DNA from: Acutalibacteraceae bacterium
Lineage (GTDB): Bacteria; Bacillota; Clostridia; Oscillospirales; Acutalibacteraceae
Direction: 5' to 3'
Length of the DNA stretch: 64,000 bases
Assembly: GCA_045647405.1 (NCBI GenBank)
Contig: JAZRMI010000007.1
Coordinates: 31,895 to 95,894 of the forward strand
This document shows positions 46,738 through 57,785 of the stretch, in pieces; the first letter of the stretch is position 1; the number at the start of each line of letters is the position of its first letter. The notes beneath the pieces are model-generated. The model was given only the letters and a program-made list of their open reading frames with translations, had not been told where the DNA came from and ran no database searches. The position numbers and the translations under genes were made by a program.

Positions 46738-47808
46738 CTATTCTATGCCCTTAACGATAGTGCCTCCACCGACAACGATATCACCATCATAAAAAACTGC
46801 TGCCTGTCCCGAACTTGGCGCGCGCTGTGCCTCATCAAATTCTACCAAAACCTGACCGTTACCGAGCGGCTTTATAACTGCAGGCTGTTCTTTATGGCGG
46901 TAACGAAGTTTAGCGCACACTTTCATCTCATCTTGTAAGTTATCAAACGGAATGAAATTGACATTTTCCACCAATACCTTTTTATAAAAAAGATGTTCTT
47001 CATCGCCAAGCACAACCTGATTTGTAATCGGATTTTTATCAATAACAAAAGCGGGTTTTCCAAGTGCTATTCCAAGACCTTTTCTCTGACCGATTGTGTA
47101 ATGTATGACACCCTTATGTTGACCGATTTTCTCTCCCTTTAAGTTTACATAATCACCTGTATCAGAGATATAATTTGCAGTTTTCTCAATAAAGGACGCA
47201 TAATCTCCGTCAGGAACAAAACAAATATCCTGACTGTCTTTCTTTTTTGCATTTACAAGTTTTTTGCTCTCGGCAATCTCACGCACCTGAGACTTTGAAA
47301 GTTCACCCAAAGGAAACTGAACACTTGCCAACTGTTCTTGCGTAAGGTAATAAAGCACATAAGACTGGTCTTTTGTTTCATCTTTTGCCTTGCAAAGCAA
47401 ATATCTTCCGTCTTTCTCCCTAACAGTAGCATAATGCCCTGTTGCAATTTTCGAAAAGCCTAATTCCTTTGCAATTTCAAGCATTTTACCAAACTTTATA
47501 TAACGGTTACATACAATACACGGATTGGGCGTTCTACCGTTTATATATTCGTCTATAAAATTATTAATAACATTTTCTTTAAAATCTTGCTTTAAATCAA
47601 CCGCAAAATGCTCTATTTGAAGGTTATCGCAAACTTTTTTAGCATCGGATATATTAGTTTCATCGGCTGTATTATTTTCAATAAGGCTTAGAGTCACACC
47701 CGCAACCGAAAAACCTTTTTCCTTTAAGAGCGAAGCACAAACAGAGGAATCAACTCCCCCGCTCATACCAACCAAAACTTTTTCCAAAGTGTTATTCCCC
47801 TTTTGCAA
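46738..47808 (-). CDS. mnmA: tRNA 2-thiouridine(34) synthase
   Basis: PP-loop GMSGGVDSS and the catalytic-Cys context NPCIVCN. Confidence 0.94.
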   Translation of the reverse strand: MQKGNNTLEKVLVGMSGGVDSSVCASLLKEKGFSVAGVTLSLIENNTADETNISDAKKVCDNLQIEHFAVDLKQDFKENVINNFIDEYINGRTPNPCIVCNRYIKFGKMLEIAKELGFSKIATGHYATVREKDGRYLLCKAKDETKDQSYVLYYLTQEQLASVQFPLGELSKSQVREIAESKKLVNAKKKDSQDICFVPDGDYASFIEKTANYISDTGDYVNLKGEKIGQHKGVIHYTIGQRKGLGIALGKPAFVIDKNPITNQVVLGDEEHLFYKKVLVENVNFIPFDNLQDEMKVCAKLRYRHKEQPAVIKPLGNGQVLVEFDEAQRAPSSGQAAVFYDGDIVVGGGTIVKGIE

Positions 47809-47842
47809 ATAAAGAGCCGATTTTCACCGACTCTTTAAAAAT

Positions 47843-48802
47843 TTAGATTGCAACTGTATCTGCAATATCGCAAAGATAATCGCTGATACTCTTAGTCATA
47901 TTAAGCGCCTCATAAATATCGTAATCTACGATTTTACCAAATTTATAAGCAACAACACGGTTACCGATACCCTCTTTCAAAAGGTTTACCGCCTCATATC
48001 CGAACTGGGTTGCGATAAGTCTGTCACGAAGTGTAGGACTGCCGCCACGCTGAATATGTCCCAAAATTGTGCCACGGGTTTCAATACCTGTTGCAGCCTC
48101 AATTTGTTCTGCCATCTTTTCGACACCGCCGACACCCTCAGCCACAACAATAATAAAATGTTTTTTGCCGAGTTTTTGTGTTTCAGTGATTTTTAAGATA
48201 ACATCTTCAACTGTAATCGGGTCTTCAGGAAGAATTATTGCAGATGCACCAACAGCAACACCTGTTTTCAAAGCGATATAACCCGCTTTTCTTCCCATAA
48301 CTTCAACCACACTGCATCTATCGTGAGAGTCACAAGTATCACGAAGTTTATCAACCATCTCAATAACAGTATTCATAGCAGTATCAAAACCGATTGTATA
48401 TTCGGTTGATGCAATATCATTATCAATTGTAGCAGGAATACCAACGCAAGGAATACCCGATAAAGACAAGTCGCGAGCGCCTCTGAAAGAGCCGTCACCG
48501 CCGATTACAACAATACCCTCAATTCCGAATTTTTTACAGTTTTCAACCGCTTCTTTAACGCCTTCTTCGGTCTTGAATTTTGGACTTCTTGCGCTATAAA
48601 GCATTGTTCCGCCGAGTTGGATAATATCCGAAACATCGCGAGAACCCAAATCAATAATATCGCCTTCCATAAGACCGTTATAACCTCTGCGGATACCTTT
48701 AACATTCATACCGTAAGAGGCTGCTGTTCTAACAACTGCACGGACTGCAGCGTTCATACCAGGTGCGTCACCGCCGCTTGTAAGTACACCAATAGTTTTC
48801 AT
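47843..48802 (-). CDS. pfkA: ATP-dependent 6-phosphofructokinase
   Basis: GVLTSGGDAPGMNAA, IGGDGS, PATIDND. Confidence 0.96.
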   Translation of the reverse strand: MKTIGVLTSGGDAPGMNAAVRAVVRTAASYGMNVKGIRRGYNGLMEGDIIDLGSRDVSDIIQLGGTMLYSARSPKFKTEEGVKEAVENCKKFGIEGIVVIGGDGSFRGARDLSLSGIPCVGIPATIDNDIASTEYTIGFDTAMNTVIEMVDKLRDTCDSHDRCSVVEVMGRKAGYIALKTGVAVGASAIILPEDPITVEDVILKITETQKLGKKHFIIVVAEGVGGVEKMAEQIEAATGIETRGTILGHIQRGGSPTLRDRLIATQFGYEAVNLLKEGIGNRVVAYKFGKIVDYDIYEALNMTKSISDYLCDIADTVAI

Positions 48803-48871
48803 TTAAAAATCAACTCCAAAAATTATCAAATTACAGTATATAACATAATTGTTAAATTTTCAACAAAAATT

Positions 48872-51800
48872 TTAATTTATTAGTTTTATATTTTCTTGCG
48901 GTAAAATTTCTTCCAAAGAATTTTGAAGCGAAAGAGAATATTTTATATATAAACTTCTCGACGCTTCAAGTTTTTTATTAGTATCAGTACATACGATATA
49001 TACGGGTGTATCACCCTTGTTTTCTGCCAAAACTTTTTTAACCTTTAAGAAAACTTCATCGTCTGTATTTTTTACTTTCAGGTAAAGACCTTTTTTATAT
49101 TTAGGTGCAGTATTCACACTTTTAAGGTTTTCGCTGATACGCTCTGCCTTTTCAAGAATAATCTCAATATCCCTGTCTTCCCTTTCAGAAATTCTGCCAG
49201 TTAATATTATCGGCTGATTTTCGTCCAATAAAGGTTTATAAACCGCATAAGCATTACCAAAAACCGTAACATTAACCGATGCTGAAAAGTCTTCGATTTT
49301 AGCAGTAGCAAGCAAATTGTTATTTTTAAGTTGTCTCACCTTAAGGTCGCTTATAATTCCCGCAACCGATACCCTTTTTCCGTCAGAATATTTATTAGAA
49401 ATAATATCCGTAACGCTTTGCAAATTTGCTTTGCTTAAAATATCTTTATAATCATCCATAGGATGCCCTGAAAGATAAAGTCCCGTTGCTTCTTTTTCAA
49501 GGCTTAAAAGCATTTCTTTAGACATTTCAGGAACGTTTATCATATCAAAAGTATTAGGAGTTCCTATTTCTTCAAACAAATTGAGTTGTCCCTGTGAAGA
49601 AAAACGGACTTCGTTATCAACAGCAGAAAGTACCCCCTCAATATTATAAAGCATTTCACGGCGATTATCCGAAACACAGTCAAGCGCACCGCTTTTAATC
49701 AATCCCTCAAGCGCCTTACGGTTAAACTCACGGGAATGATTGCGAAGACAGAAATCGTAAAAAGATGTATACGGTCCGTTCTTCTGACGCTCGGCAATCA
49801 ACTTTTCAATTATGCCAAGCCCTAAATTTTTAACCGCCAAAAGACCGAAACGGATTGTCTTTCGGTCAGGTGTGAAGCCTTTATCACTATGATTTACACT
49901 CGGCGGTAAAATTTTAATACCCATTTTTTTACATTCAGCAGTATATAGTGACAGTTTTGAAGCGCTGTCCATCATACTTGTCATTAAAGCCGAAAAATAC
50001 TCAGCAGGATAATGACATTTTAAATATGCAGTTCTGTATGCCACAAAGGAATATGCACAGGCGTGGGCTTTATTAAAGGCGTATGAACTAAAACTCGACA
50101 TATCATCGAATATTCTTTCGGCAACCTGTTTTTCAACACCCTTTTCAACCGCACCGCCAATAAAATATTCCTTTTCTTTTTGCATAACGGCATGTTTTTT
50201 CTTTGCCATTGCACGACGGACAATATCCGCTCTTCCAAGCGAATACCCCGCCAATGTTCTGAACACCTGCATTACCTGTTCCTGATAAACAATACACCCG
50301 TAGGTTACATCAAGAATAGGTTTCAAAAGCGGTGTATCATAGGTTATATTCTGAGGATTATGGCGGTTGCTTATATATTTAGGTATAGAGTCCATAGGAC
50401 CTGGGCGGTAAAGCGACAAAACTGCTGTCAAATCTTCGATACTTTCAGGTCCTAACTGACGAAGTACATTCTTCATTCCGTCCGATTCAAACTGAAATAC
50501 CCCCAAAGTTTTACCCTTGCCCATCATATTATATGTTTGTATGTCATCAAGGGGTATTTTTTCTATCTGGAAATCTATACCCTGTTTTCTTATATATTCT
50601 TCAGTATCCGCAATGACAGTAAGGTTGCGAAGCCCTAAAAAGTCCATTTTGAGAAGTCCGAGTTCTTCCAAAGCGGTCATAGTGAACTGTGTCACAGTGG
50701 CTTGGTCATTAACCGCCAAAGGAACATAGTCAGCCACCGGCTTGTCCGAAATCACAACACCTGCCGCATGTGTTGATGCGTGTCTCGGCATACCCTCAAG
50801 TTTAAGCGCCATATCAAGAAGTTCCTTAACCTGAGCATCATTTTCATAAAGGTCCGAAAGTTCTCGGTTTCCCTCAAGCGCTCTGCTTATTGTCATACCA
50901 ATAGACTGAGGAATAAGTTTTGCAATCTTATCACAGGTAGCATAGGGAATATCAAGCGCTCTGCCGACATCTCTGACCGCCGCCCTTGCCGCCATTGTAC
51001 CAAATGTTACAATCTGCGAAACGTGGTCTTCACCGTATTTTTCAATAACATAATCAATAACTTTCTGACGGTTGACATAGCAAAAATCAATATCAAAGTC
51101 AGGCATTGAAACACGTTCAGGATTTAAAAACCGCTCAAAATACAAATCATATTTTATGGGGTCGATACCTGTAATTCCTATACAAAATGCCGCAAGAGAT
51201 GCCGCTCCCGAACCTCTGCCCGGACCTACTGAAATGCCGTTATTTTTAGCGAAATTCACAAAGTCGGCTACTATCAAAAAATAGTCAACATATCCCATTT
51301 TATTGATAACCGACAGTTCATATTCTAAACGCTCTGTATATATTTTATCGGGGTTATTTCCAAAGATTTTATAAAGTCCCGAATAGCATTTTTCCTTAAA
51401 ATATTCAAAATGGTCACGCTCGCCTATATCAAACCGAGGCAATTTAATTTTACCGAATTCAAACTCAACATTACATTTTTCAGCAATTTCCTGTGTATTA
51501 GATATAGCCTGAGGCACTTGCGAAAAACGTTCCGCCATTTCTTCAGCAGACTTTAAATAAAACTCATTTGTTTTAAATTCCAATGTGTTTTCATCGGTGA
51601 TTTTGCTTCCCGTCTGCACGCAAAGCAAAACCTTGTGCATTTTATAATCTTCGCTTTCAGTATAATGAACGTCATTGGTAGCCACAAGCGGTATGCCTGT
51701 CTCCTCAGACAGACGGATTATCTGCGAATTAACAATTTTTTGTTCTCTTATATTATGGTCTTGGAGTTCAAGATAATAATTTCCCTCACCAAAAACCTCT

Positions 51801-52282
51801 TTATACCAAAGCGCAGTTTCTTTTGCTTTATCATAATCCCCATTTAAAATAAAACGGGGTATTTCTCCTGCTAAACAGGCAGAAAGCGCAATAAGACCTT
51901 TGCTATACTTTTTCAAAACTTCCCTGTCAACACGAGGCTTTGAATAAAATCCCTCGGTAAAACCGATTGAAACTAACTTTATTAAATTTTGATAACCCTC
52001 GTTATCCTTGCATAAAAGGACTAAATGGCTATATCCGTCCAGACCTTTTTGCTTATCAAATCTACTTCTTGTAGAAACATAAACCTCACAGCCGATTATT
52101 GGTTTAATTCCCTTTTGTTTGGCATATTTATAGAAATCAATTACGCCATACATTACACCGTGGTCGGTAATGGCGATGCTTTTTTGACCTAATTCTACTG
52201 CTTTATCTATAACTTTTTGTATCTTTGCGCAACCGTCAAGCAAACTATACTCACTGTGAAGATGTAAATGAGTAAATTCCAT
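48872..52282 (-). CDS. dnaE: DNA polymerase III alpha subunit (DnaE type)
   Basis: PHP N-terminus FTHLHLHSEYSLLDG, a palm/fingers core and an OB fold; 1136 aa. Confidence 0.96.
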   Translation of the reverse strand: MEFTHLHLHSEYSLLDGCAKIQKVIDKAVELGQKSIAITDHGVMYGVIDFYKYAKQKGIKPIIGCEVYVSTRSRFDKQKGLDGYSHLVLLCKDNEGYQNLIKLVSIGFTEGFYSKPRVDREVLKKYSKGLIALSACLAGEIPRFILNGDYDKAKETALWYKEVFGEGNYYLELQDHNIREQKIVNSQIIRLSEETGIPLVATNDVHYTESEDYKMHKVLLCVQTGSKITDENTLEFKTNEFYLKSAEEMAERFSQVPQAISNTQEIAEKCNVEFEFGKIKLPRFDIGERDHFEYFKEKCYSGLYKIFGNNPDKIYTERLEYELSVINKMGYVDYFLIVADFVNFAKNNGISVGPGRGSGAASLAAFCIGITGIDPIKYDLYFERFLNPERVSMPDFDIDFCYVNRQKVIDYVIEKYGEDHVSQIVTFGTMAARAAVRDVGRALDIPYATCDKIAKLIPQSIGMTISRALEGNRELSDLYENDAQVKELLDMALKLEGMPRHASTHAAGVVISDKPVADYVPLAVNDQATVTQFTMTALEELGLLKMDFLGLRNLTVIADTEEYIRKQGIDFQIEKIPLDDIQTYNMMGKGKTLGVFQFESDGMKNVLRQLGPESIEDLTAVLSLYRPGPMDSIPKYISNRHNPQNITYDTPLLKPILDVTYGCIVYQEQVMQVFRTLAGYSLGRADIVRRAMAKKKHAVMQKEKEYFIGGAVEKGVEKQVAERIFDDMSSFSSYAFNKAHACAYSFVAYRTAYLKCHYPAEYFSALMTSMMDSASKLSLYTAECKKMGIKILPPSVNHSDKGFTPDRKTIRFGLLAVKNLGLGIIEKLIAERQKNGPYTSFYDFCLRNHSREFNRKALEGLIKSGALDCVSDNRREMLYNIEGVLSAVDNEVRFSSQGQLNLFEEIGTPNTFDMINVPEMSKEMLLSLEKEATGLYLSGHPMDDYKDILSKANLQSVTDIISNKYSDGKRVSVAGIISDLKVRQLKNNNLLATAKIEDFSASVNVTVFGNAYAVYKPLLDENQPIILTGRISEREDRDIEIILEKAERISENLKSVNTAPKYKKGLYLKVKNTDDEVFLKVKKVLAENKGDTPVYIVCTDTNKKLEASRSLYIKYSLSLQNSLEEILPQENIKLIN

Positions 52283-52300
52283 TTCCGAACCACCTTTCTA

Positions 52301-53218
52301 TTATTTATTGTTTTCGTATATTTCAATTATCTTTTTTAGTCTATGATTAAGTCCTGAAACAGTAATCGGCGTATCTGATATTAAACACAATTCTTTAAGC
52401 GTGGCATCGGGATTGTCCTTACGGAGTAATGCCACCTGTAAAAGTTCTTCGGGCAAACTGTATAGTCTGTCAGTTTTCTCTAAAAACTCGATTGCCGTTC
52501 TTTGTTTGATTGATGCTTCAACCGTCCTTGAAATATTAGCATTATCACAATTTCTCGCCCTGTTGATATTATTTTTTACACTTTTCATTATTTTAGTATC
52601 CATAATATCAAGTGTACGAGAAGTATCACCCATTACCGTAAGCAAATCTTCAATAACACTACTGTCCTTAGTGTAAAGAACAGTATTTTTTGAACGAAAA
52701 GTTTTCTTCATAATAATTCCAAGTTCTGCCAATAAGGAATTGAAATCATCCGCTAAACTTTCATTTTTAACCGAAAACTCTGCACGGTATTCTTTTTCAG
52801 GGTCGTTAATATTACCGCAAGCCAGAAAAGCGCCTCTTATAAAACTCGGCAAACAGCAGTCTCTTATAAACAAACTTCTGTCAATAACCGTTTCGCTCAC
52901 GCCGAAATCTATCATTGCTAAAATTTTAAGCCTGTCCGAGACCGAGGTAACCTCGGCTTTATATGTAGGGCGGACTGTTCCACCGCAGGTAATTTCGACA
53001 TCTGCTTTATAGTTATATTTAATCAAATCTGCATAAGCGTTCGCAACATTTTCATTATTAGTTTGAAGTGAAATTTTATTTATGGAAAAAGACCTTCCAA
53101 AAAGCATAAACCCGTAAATATAAGACGGTTTACAGCAATTAGAGGGTCTAATATCAATCAATTCATTCTTAACATCTGAACAAAAAGACATTTCTTTCTC
53201 CTTTAAATCTTTTTCCAA
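52301..53218 (-). CDS. whiA: DNA-binding sporulation/division regulator WhiA
   Basis: LAGLIDADG-like degenerate domain (FIRGAFLACG) and a C-terminal HTH (LKELCLISDTPITVSGLNHRLKKI). Confidence 0.9.
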   Translation of the reverse strand: MEKDLKEKEMSFCSDVKNELIDIRPSNCCKPSYIYGFMLFGRSFSINKISLQTNNENVANAYADLIKYNYKADVEITCGGTVRPTYKAEVTSVSDRLKILAMIDFGVSETVIDRSLFIRDCCLPSFIRGAFLACGNINDPEKEYRAEFSVKNESLADDFNSLLAELGIIMKKTFRSKNTVLYTKDSSVIEDLLTVMGDTSRTLDIMDTKIMKSVKNNINRARNCDNANISRTVEASIKQRTAIEFLEKTDRLYSLPEELLQVALLRKDNPDATLKELCLISDTPITVSGLNHRLKKIIEIYENNK

Positions 53219-53487
53219 ATAACAAGTTCGGCGTCAGTACCGCCCTTTGAATATTCAAAAACTGCAATCTGTTTTTTATCAGTCACAAGACCGTAACAAC
53301 GCTCACTGTTAATTTTAGGAAGTTCCGCCACATAATACATCTTATTATCATCTAAAATCTTTGCAATTTCACCGTTGGGCAATTTACATTCTATATTAAC
53401 GAAATCGCCTTTATGACCGTAAAGTTTTGTAAGTTTAGGCATATCGTCAATACCAAGGCTATTAAACTTTTCTATCAAACTTTGCAT
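53203..53487 (-). CDS. Hypothetical 94-aa protein
   Basis: ORF only, with no recognisable motif. Tightly packed between murB (2-nt gap) and whiA (16-nt overlap). Confidence 0.45.
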   Translation of the reverse strand: MQSLIEKFNSLGIDDMPKLTKLYGHKGDFVNIECKLPNGEIAKILDDNKMYYVAELPKINSERCYGLVTDKKQIAVFEYSKGGTDAELVIWKKI

Positions 53488-53489
53488 TA

Positions 53490-54386
53490 TTATTCCTTTC
53501 CCACAAAAATAACTTCGGGTTCTAACTCGACTCCGTCATTTTTTAACACGGTTTCTTTTATACTATCCATTAATTTTCTGACATCTTCACAGGTAGCATT
53601 ATCATAATTTATAACAAACCCTGCGTGTTTTTCACTAACCTTTGCACCGCCGACCGAAAAACCTTTAAGATTATTTTTTTCAATCAACGCTCCCGCAAAA
53701 TGACCCTCCGGACGCTTGAAAGTGCTTCCAGCGGATGGAAATTCGAGCGGTTGTTTATCCTTTCGGCGAGACATAAAGCCATCCATATCTGCCTTGATTT
53801 TACAACATTCACCCTTTTTGAGTTTAAATGTTACCGAGGTAATAATCATATCGCCTGTTTTAAAAATGCTTGTGCGGTAACCGAGTTGCATATCTTTTAA
53901 CTGAATGGATTTGATTTCACCGTCACAATCGATATACTGAGCGCTTATTACCACTTGCGACATTTCACCACCGTAAGCGCCTGCGTTCATATAAAGTCCG
54001 CCACCGACAGTACCTGGTATTCCATAGGCAAATTCAAGACCTGTCAAACCATTTTCACAGGCAGTTGTGCAAACCTGCGCCAGACTTGCACCTGCGAAAG
54101 CGGTAATTCGGTCGTCTTCAACTGTGATACTGTTAAGGCAATTAAGGCATATAACAACACCCTCAATCCCCTTATCAGAAACCAAAAGGTTTGAGCCTTT
54201 ACCCAAAATATAAAATGGCATATTAAGTTGTTTTGCTTTTTTCACAACACTTTTAAACTGCTCTACAGATGAACATTCAACAAAATAATCCGCACATCCG
54301 CCGATTTTGAAACTTGTATGATTTTTCATCGGTTCATCTTTTTTAATAACAATTCCGTTTTCAAAGCAAAATTTTTCGAAAGCCAT
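53490..54386 (-). CDS. murB: UDP-N-acetylenolpyruvoylglucosamine reductase
   Basis: FAD-binding domain (MKNHTSFKIGG, GKGSNLLVSD) and C-terminal SAGSTFKRP. Start at MAFEKF after GGAGGG. Confidence 0.94.
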   Translation of the reverse strand: MAFEKFCFENGIVIKKDEPMKNHTSFKIGGCADYFVECSSVEQFKSVVKKAKQLNMPFYILGKGSNLLVSDKGIEGVVICLNCLNSITVEDDRITAFAGASLAQVCTTACENGLTGLEFAYGIPGTVGGGLYMNAGAYGGEMSQVVISAQYIDCDGEIKSIQLKDMQLGYRTSIFKTGDMIITSVTFKLKKGECCKIKADMDGFMSRRKDKQPLEFPSAGSTFKRPEGHFAGALIEKNNLKGFSVGGAKVSEKHAGFVINYDNATCEDVRKLMDSIKETVLKNDGVELEPEVIFVGKE

Positions 54387-54407
54387 ATTTGCCCTCCAAA
54401 GCAAAAT

Positions 54408-55367
54408 TTAAAAAGGTTCTACCGAACCGTTATCAGACGAAGTATCATCGGTCATACCAAGTTTGCGAAGCAGGTCTTCTGCCGCATTATAGCCGAGTTT
54501 CTTCTGACGGTTATTCATAGCCGCAACTTCAATAATAACTGCTAAGTTTCGTCCGGGTTTTACAGGGATTGTCAGTGACGGGATTTCCAAATCAAGAATA
54601 GATGTGGTCTGTTTTTCAAGTCCCATCCTGTCATAAGTTTTATTAACATCCCACTGTTCAATATTAATAACAAGGTCTATCTTCTCGGTCAGTTTAACCG
54701 CACCTGCACCGAAAATTCGGCTCGCATTGATTATACCAATACCTCGAAGTTCAATAAAGTGCCTTATATTATCGGGCGCTGTGCCAACAAGCGATTTATC
54801 CGAAACACGCCTGATTTCAACCGCATCGTCAGCGATAAGACGGTGTCCGCGCTTTACAAGTTCAATAGCAGTTTCACTTTTACCGACTCCGCTCTCACCC
54901 AAAAGCAAAATACCCTCACCGTAAACCTCAACCAAAACGCCGTGGCGTGTAACACGGGGTGCTAAATTAAGGTTTAAAAACGCAATAAGCGCAGATGAGA
55001 AAGAGGAGGTTGAGATTCCTGTTCTCAACAGCGGCACTTCAAATTCCTTTGCGATTTCAATATATTTTTCCGAAAACTCTAAATCACGGCAAACAACCAC
55101 CGCAGACGGTTTTCGTGAAAACAGTTCTCTCATTCGAAGTTCTGCTTTTTCGGGTGTGAAACGGTTTAGAAAACTTTCTTCGCTCTTGCCGATAATCTGT
55201 ATTCTTTTTTCGTCAAAATATTCAAAGTATCCCGCCATCTGAAGACCCGGACGGTTAATTTCGTTGGATGAAATTAAAATATTGGAAGCATCGTCCGGCA
55301 AGGATAAAACTTCAAGCGAAAATTCTTTAATGATTTTTTCAAGCGAAACCGTAAAATTTGCCTTCAT
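54408..55367 (-). CDS. hprK: HPr kinase/phosphorylase
   Basis: Walker A GESGVGKSE, LIADD, ELRGIGIIN signature. Confidence 0.95.
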   Translation of the reverse strand: MKANFTVSLEKIIKEFSLEVLSLPDDASNILISSNEINRPGLQMAGYFEYFDEKRIQIIGKSEESFLNRFTPEKAELRMRELFSRKPSAVVVCRDLEFSEKYIEIAKEFEVPLLRTGISTSSFSSALIAFLNLNLAPRVTRHGVLVEVYGEGILLLGESGVGKSETAIELVKRGHRLIADDAVEIRRVSDKSLVGTAPDNIRHFIELRGIGIINASRIFGAGAVKLTEKIDLVINIEQWDVNKTYDRMGLEKQTTSILDLEIPSLTIPVKPGRNLAVIIEVAAMNNRQKKLGYNAAEDLLRKLGMTDDTSSDNGSVEPF

Positions 55368-55521
55368 AAATAGACACCTCTGTGTTGAAATTTATATTTA
55401 TCTTATTTTATTATAATATAAAACCTTCAAAAAGGCAAAACATTTTATAAATTTTTTCTTGATAAAACTTTGAGTTCGCTATATAATTGATTAGTAAAAT
55501 TTGTAAAGGACGTAATAATTT

Positions 55522-56622
55522 ATGAAACTCGGTATGGTAGGTTTACCTAATGTCGGTAAATCAACACTTTTTAATGCAATAACAAACGCAGGCGCACAGT
55601 CTGCAAACTACCCTTTCTGCACTATTGAACCCAATGTGGGTATGGTTAGCGTTCCTGACGAGCGCCTTGAAAAATTAGCTGAAATCTATTCGCCTGATAA
55701 ATTCACCCCTGCAGTAATCGAATTTGTTGACATTGCGGGTCTTGTAAAAGGCGCTTCAAAAGGCGAAGGACTTGGAAATAAATTCCTTGCAAACATTCGT
55801 GAGGTTGATGCTATTTTTCATGTTGTGCGCTGTTTTGAAAGCACAGATATTATCCACGTTGAAGGCTCGGTTGACCCCGAAAGAGACATTGAAACCATAA
55901 ATCTTGAATTAATTTTTTCAGATATCGAAATGGTAGGGCGCCGTTTAGACCGTGCCACAAAAGCCTTAAAAGGCGATAAAAAAATGCAGTCGGAAGTGGA
56001 CTTTTTAAAGAAACTCTTAGCACATCTTGAAAGCGGTCTGCCTGCACGCTCGGTTGAAATTGATGACGACAGTCAGATAGATATAATTAATACCACCGCT
56101 TTACTCTCGGCAAAACCTGTAATTTACGCTTGCAATATGAGTGAAGATGATTTTATAAACGGCATTGACAGTAATAAAAACTATAATACGGTAAAAACTA
56201 TTGCTGAAACCGAAAAGGCAGAAATTTTGCCGATATGCGCCGCATTGGAAGCAGAAATCGCAAGCCTTGACGATGATGAAAAAACAATGTTTTTGGAAGA
56301 ATTGGGTCTTGAGCGCTCAGGTCTTGACCGTATGATTCAAAAATGTTATAACCTTTTAGGACTTATTTCATACCTCACCGCAGGCAAACCCGAAGTTCGT
56401 GCTTGGACAATAACCCAAGGCACAAAAGCACCCCAAGCGGCAGGAAAAATCCATACCGACTTTGAGCGTGGTTTTATCCGTGCAGAAGTTATCGGCTTCA
56501 ATGAACTTATGGCTTGCGGCGGCAGTATGGTGACCGCTAAAGAAAAAGGTCTTGTCAGAAGCGAAGGTAAGGAATATGTTATGAAAGACGGCGATATTGT
56601 TCTTTTCAGGTTTAATGTTTAA
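55522..56622 (+). CDS. ychF: Redox-regulated ATPase YchF
   Basis: [23 protein letters not shown], and a TGS C-terminus. Confidence 0.96.
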   Translation: MKLGMVGLPNVGKSTLFNAITNAGAQSANYPFCTIEPNVGMVSVPDERLEKLAEIYSPDKFTPAVIEFVDIAGLVKGASKGEGLGNKFLANIREVDAIFHVVRCFESTDIIHVEGSVDPERDIETINLELIFSDIEMVGRRLDRATKALKGDKKMQSEVDFLKKLLAHLESGLPARSVEIDDDSQIDIINTTALLSAKPVIYACNMSEDDFINGIDSNKNYNTVKTIAETEKAEILPICAALEAEIASLDDDEKTMFLEELGLERSGLDRMIQKCYNLLGLISYLTAGKPEVRAWTITQGTKAPQAAGKIHTDFERGFIRAEVIGFNELMACGGSMVTAKEKGLVRSEGKEYVMKDGDIVLFRFNV

Positions 56623-56639
56623 TTTTTGGAAGTGATTTT

Positions 56640-57338
56640 TTGATATACCCTTATTTTTACGGTATCGACCCACTTTATTTATATTTAGTTTTTCCTGCAA
56701 TTATTTTATCAATTTTTGCACAGTTTAAGGTTAAATCAACCTTTTCAAAATATTCTTCCCACCTTTGTAACTATAGCGGTGCGGATGCCGCAAAGCGTGT
56801 GCTTGAAGCAAATGGAGTATATAACGTTAAAATTGAAAGAGTTAGCGGTTCTTTAACAGACCATTACGATCCTAAAGCCAATGTTATAAGGCTTTCTGAT
56901 AGTGTTTACAGTTCAACAAATATTGCAGCGGTCGGTGTTGCGGCACACGAGGCAGGCCATGCGGTGCAGTATGCCAATTCTTATGCACCAATAAAAATCC
57001 GTTCTGCAATATTCCCTGTTTGCAACATCGGTTCTCAACTGTCAATTCCGTTGATTTTAATGGGACTTCTTTTTAACTTTTCTTTCCTTATGACTTTAGG
57101 TATTATTTTCTTCGGTGTGGCAGTTGTTTTTCAACTTGTGACTTTACCTGTTGAGTTTAATGCTTCTCACCGTGCGCTTGATGCAATAAAAAACAGCAAC
57201 ATTTTGCTTGATGACAGCGAAGTTAAAGGCGCCCGCAAGGTTTTATCAGCGGCGGCGCTAACCTATGTTGCGGCATTTTTAGTATCACTTACGCAACTTT
57301 TAAGATTTTTGTTGATTGCAAATAGAAGAAGACGGTAA
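56640..57338 (+). CDS. Membrane zinc metallopeptidase (YugP-like)
   Basis: HEAGHAVQ motif and flanking TM segments. Apparent TTG start after GGAAGTGA. Confidence 0.8.
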   Translation: MIYPYFYGIDPLYLYLVFPAIILSIFAQFKVKSTFSKYSSHLCNYSGADAAKRVLEANGVYNVKIERVSGSLTDHYDPKANVIRLSDSVYSSTNIAAVGVAAHEAGHAVQYANSYAPIKIRSAIFPVCNIGSQLSIPLILMGLLFNFSFLMTLGIIFFGVAVVFQLVTLPVEFNASHRALDAIKNSNILLDDSEVKGARKVLSAAALTYVAAFLVSLTQLLRFLLIANRRRR

Positions 57339-57398
57339 TTTGCCGTCTTCTTCTGCATATACACCCTGATTACCACCAATACTAATCAAGGTGATAAT

Positions 57399-57785
57399 AT
57401 GCGGAAAACAAACTTTTTATTATTCTCTTTCGGCGCTTTGGGATACGGACTTATTGAAATATTATGGCGTGGGCACACACATCCGTCGATGCTTACAGCA
57501 GGCGGTATCTGTTTTGTGTTTTTTGGTAAAATAGGGCAAAAACTCAAAAACGCAAGTCTTTTTTTGCGAGCAATAATCGGTAGTGGTTTTATAACATTTA
57601 TCGAACTTGTTTTCGGTATTATTTTTAATATTATGCTAAAAAAAGATGTTTGGGATTACAGTAAACTCCCCTTAAATTTCAAAGGGCAAATATGCCTTTT
57701 ATATTCATTTTTCTGGGGTATTTTGAGTATTGCTTTTATACCGCTTGCCACTAAAATGAATAACCGATTGCAAAATCATAAATAA
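57399..57785 (+). CDS. Small multi-TM membrane protein (DUF1113-like)
   Basis: 128 aa with 4 hydrophobic segments. The family assignment is from memory only. Confidence 0.5.
   Translation: MRKTNFLLFSFGALGYGLIEILWRGHTHPSMLTAGGICFVFFGKIGQKLKNASLFLRAIIGSGFITFIELVFGIIFNIMLKKDVWDYSKLPLNFKGQICLLYSFFWGILSIAFIPLATKMNNRLQNHK

Noticed and set aside
55368-55521. Divergent strand switch (minus-strand genes up to 55.4 kb, plus-strand genes after), together with mnmG in the window, suggested a replication origin.
   Set aside because: I found no DnaA-box (TTATCCACA-like) clusters in the spacer. dnaA, dnaN, mnmE and rnpA are absent, and eno is back on the minus strand at 61.4 kb. This is probably just a divergent promoter region.
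57321-57356. Hairpin agaagaagacgg-taattt-gccgtcttcttct overlapping the stop codon of the Zn-peptidase gene, considered as a terminator.
   Set aside because: There is no U-tract beyond the stem itself. It is plausible but weak, so it is not listed as a feature.
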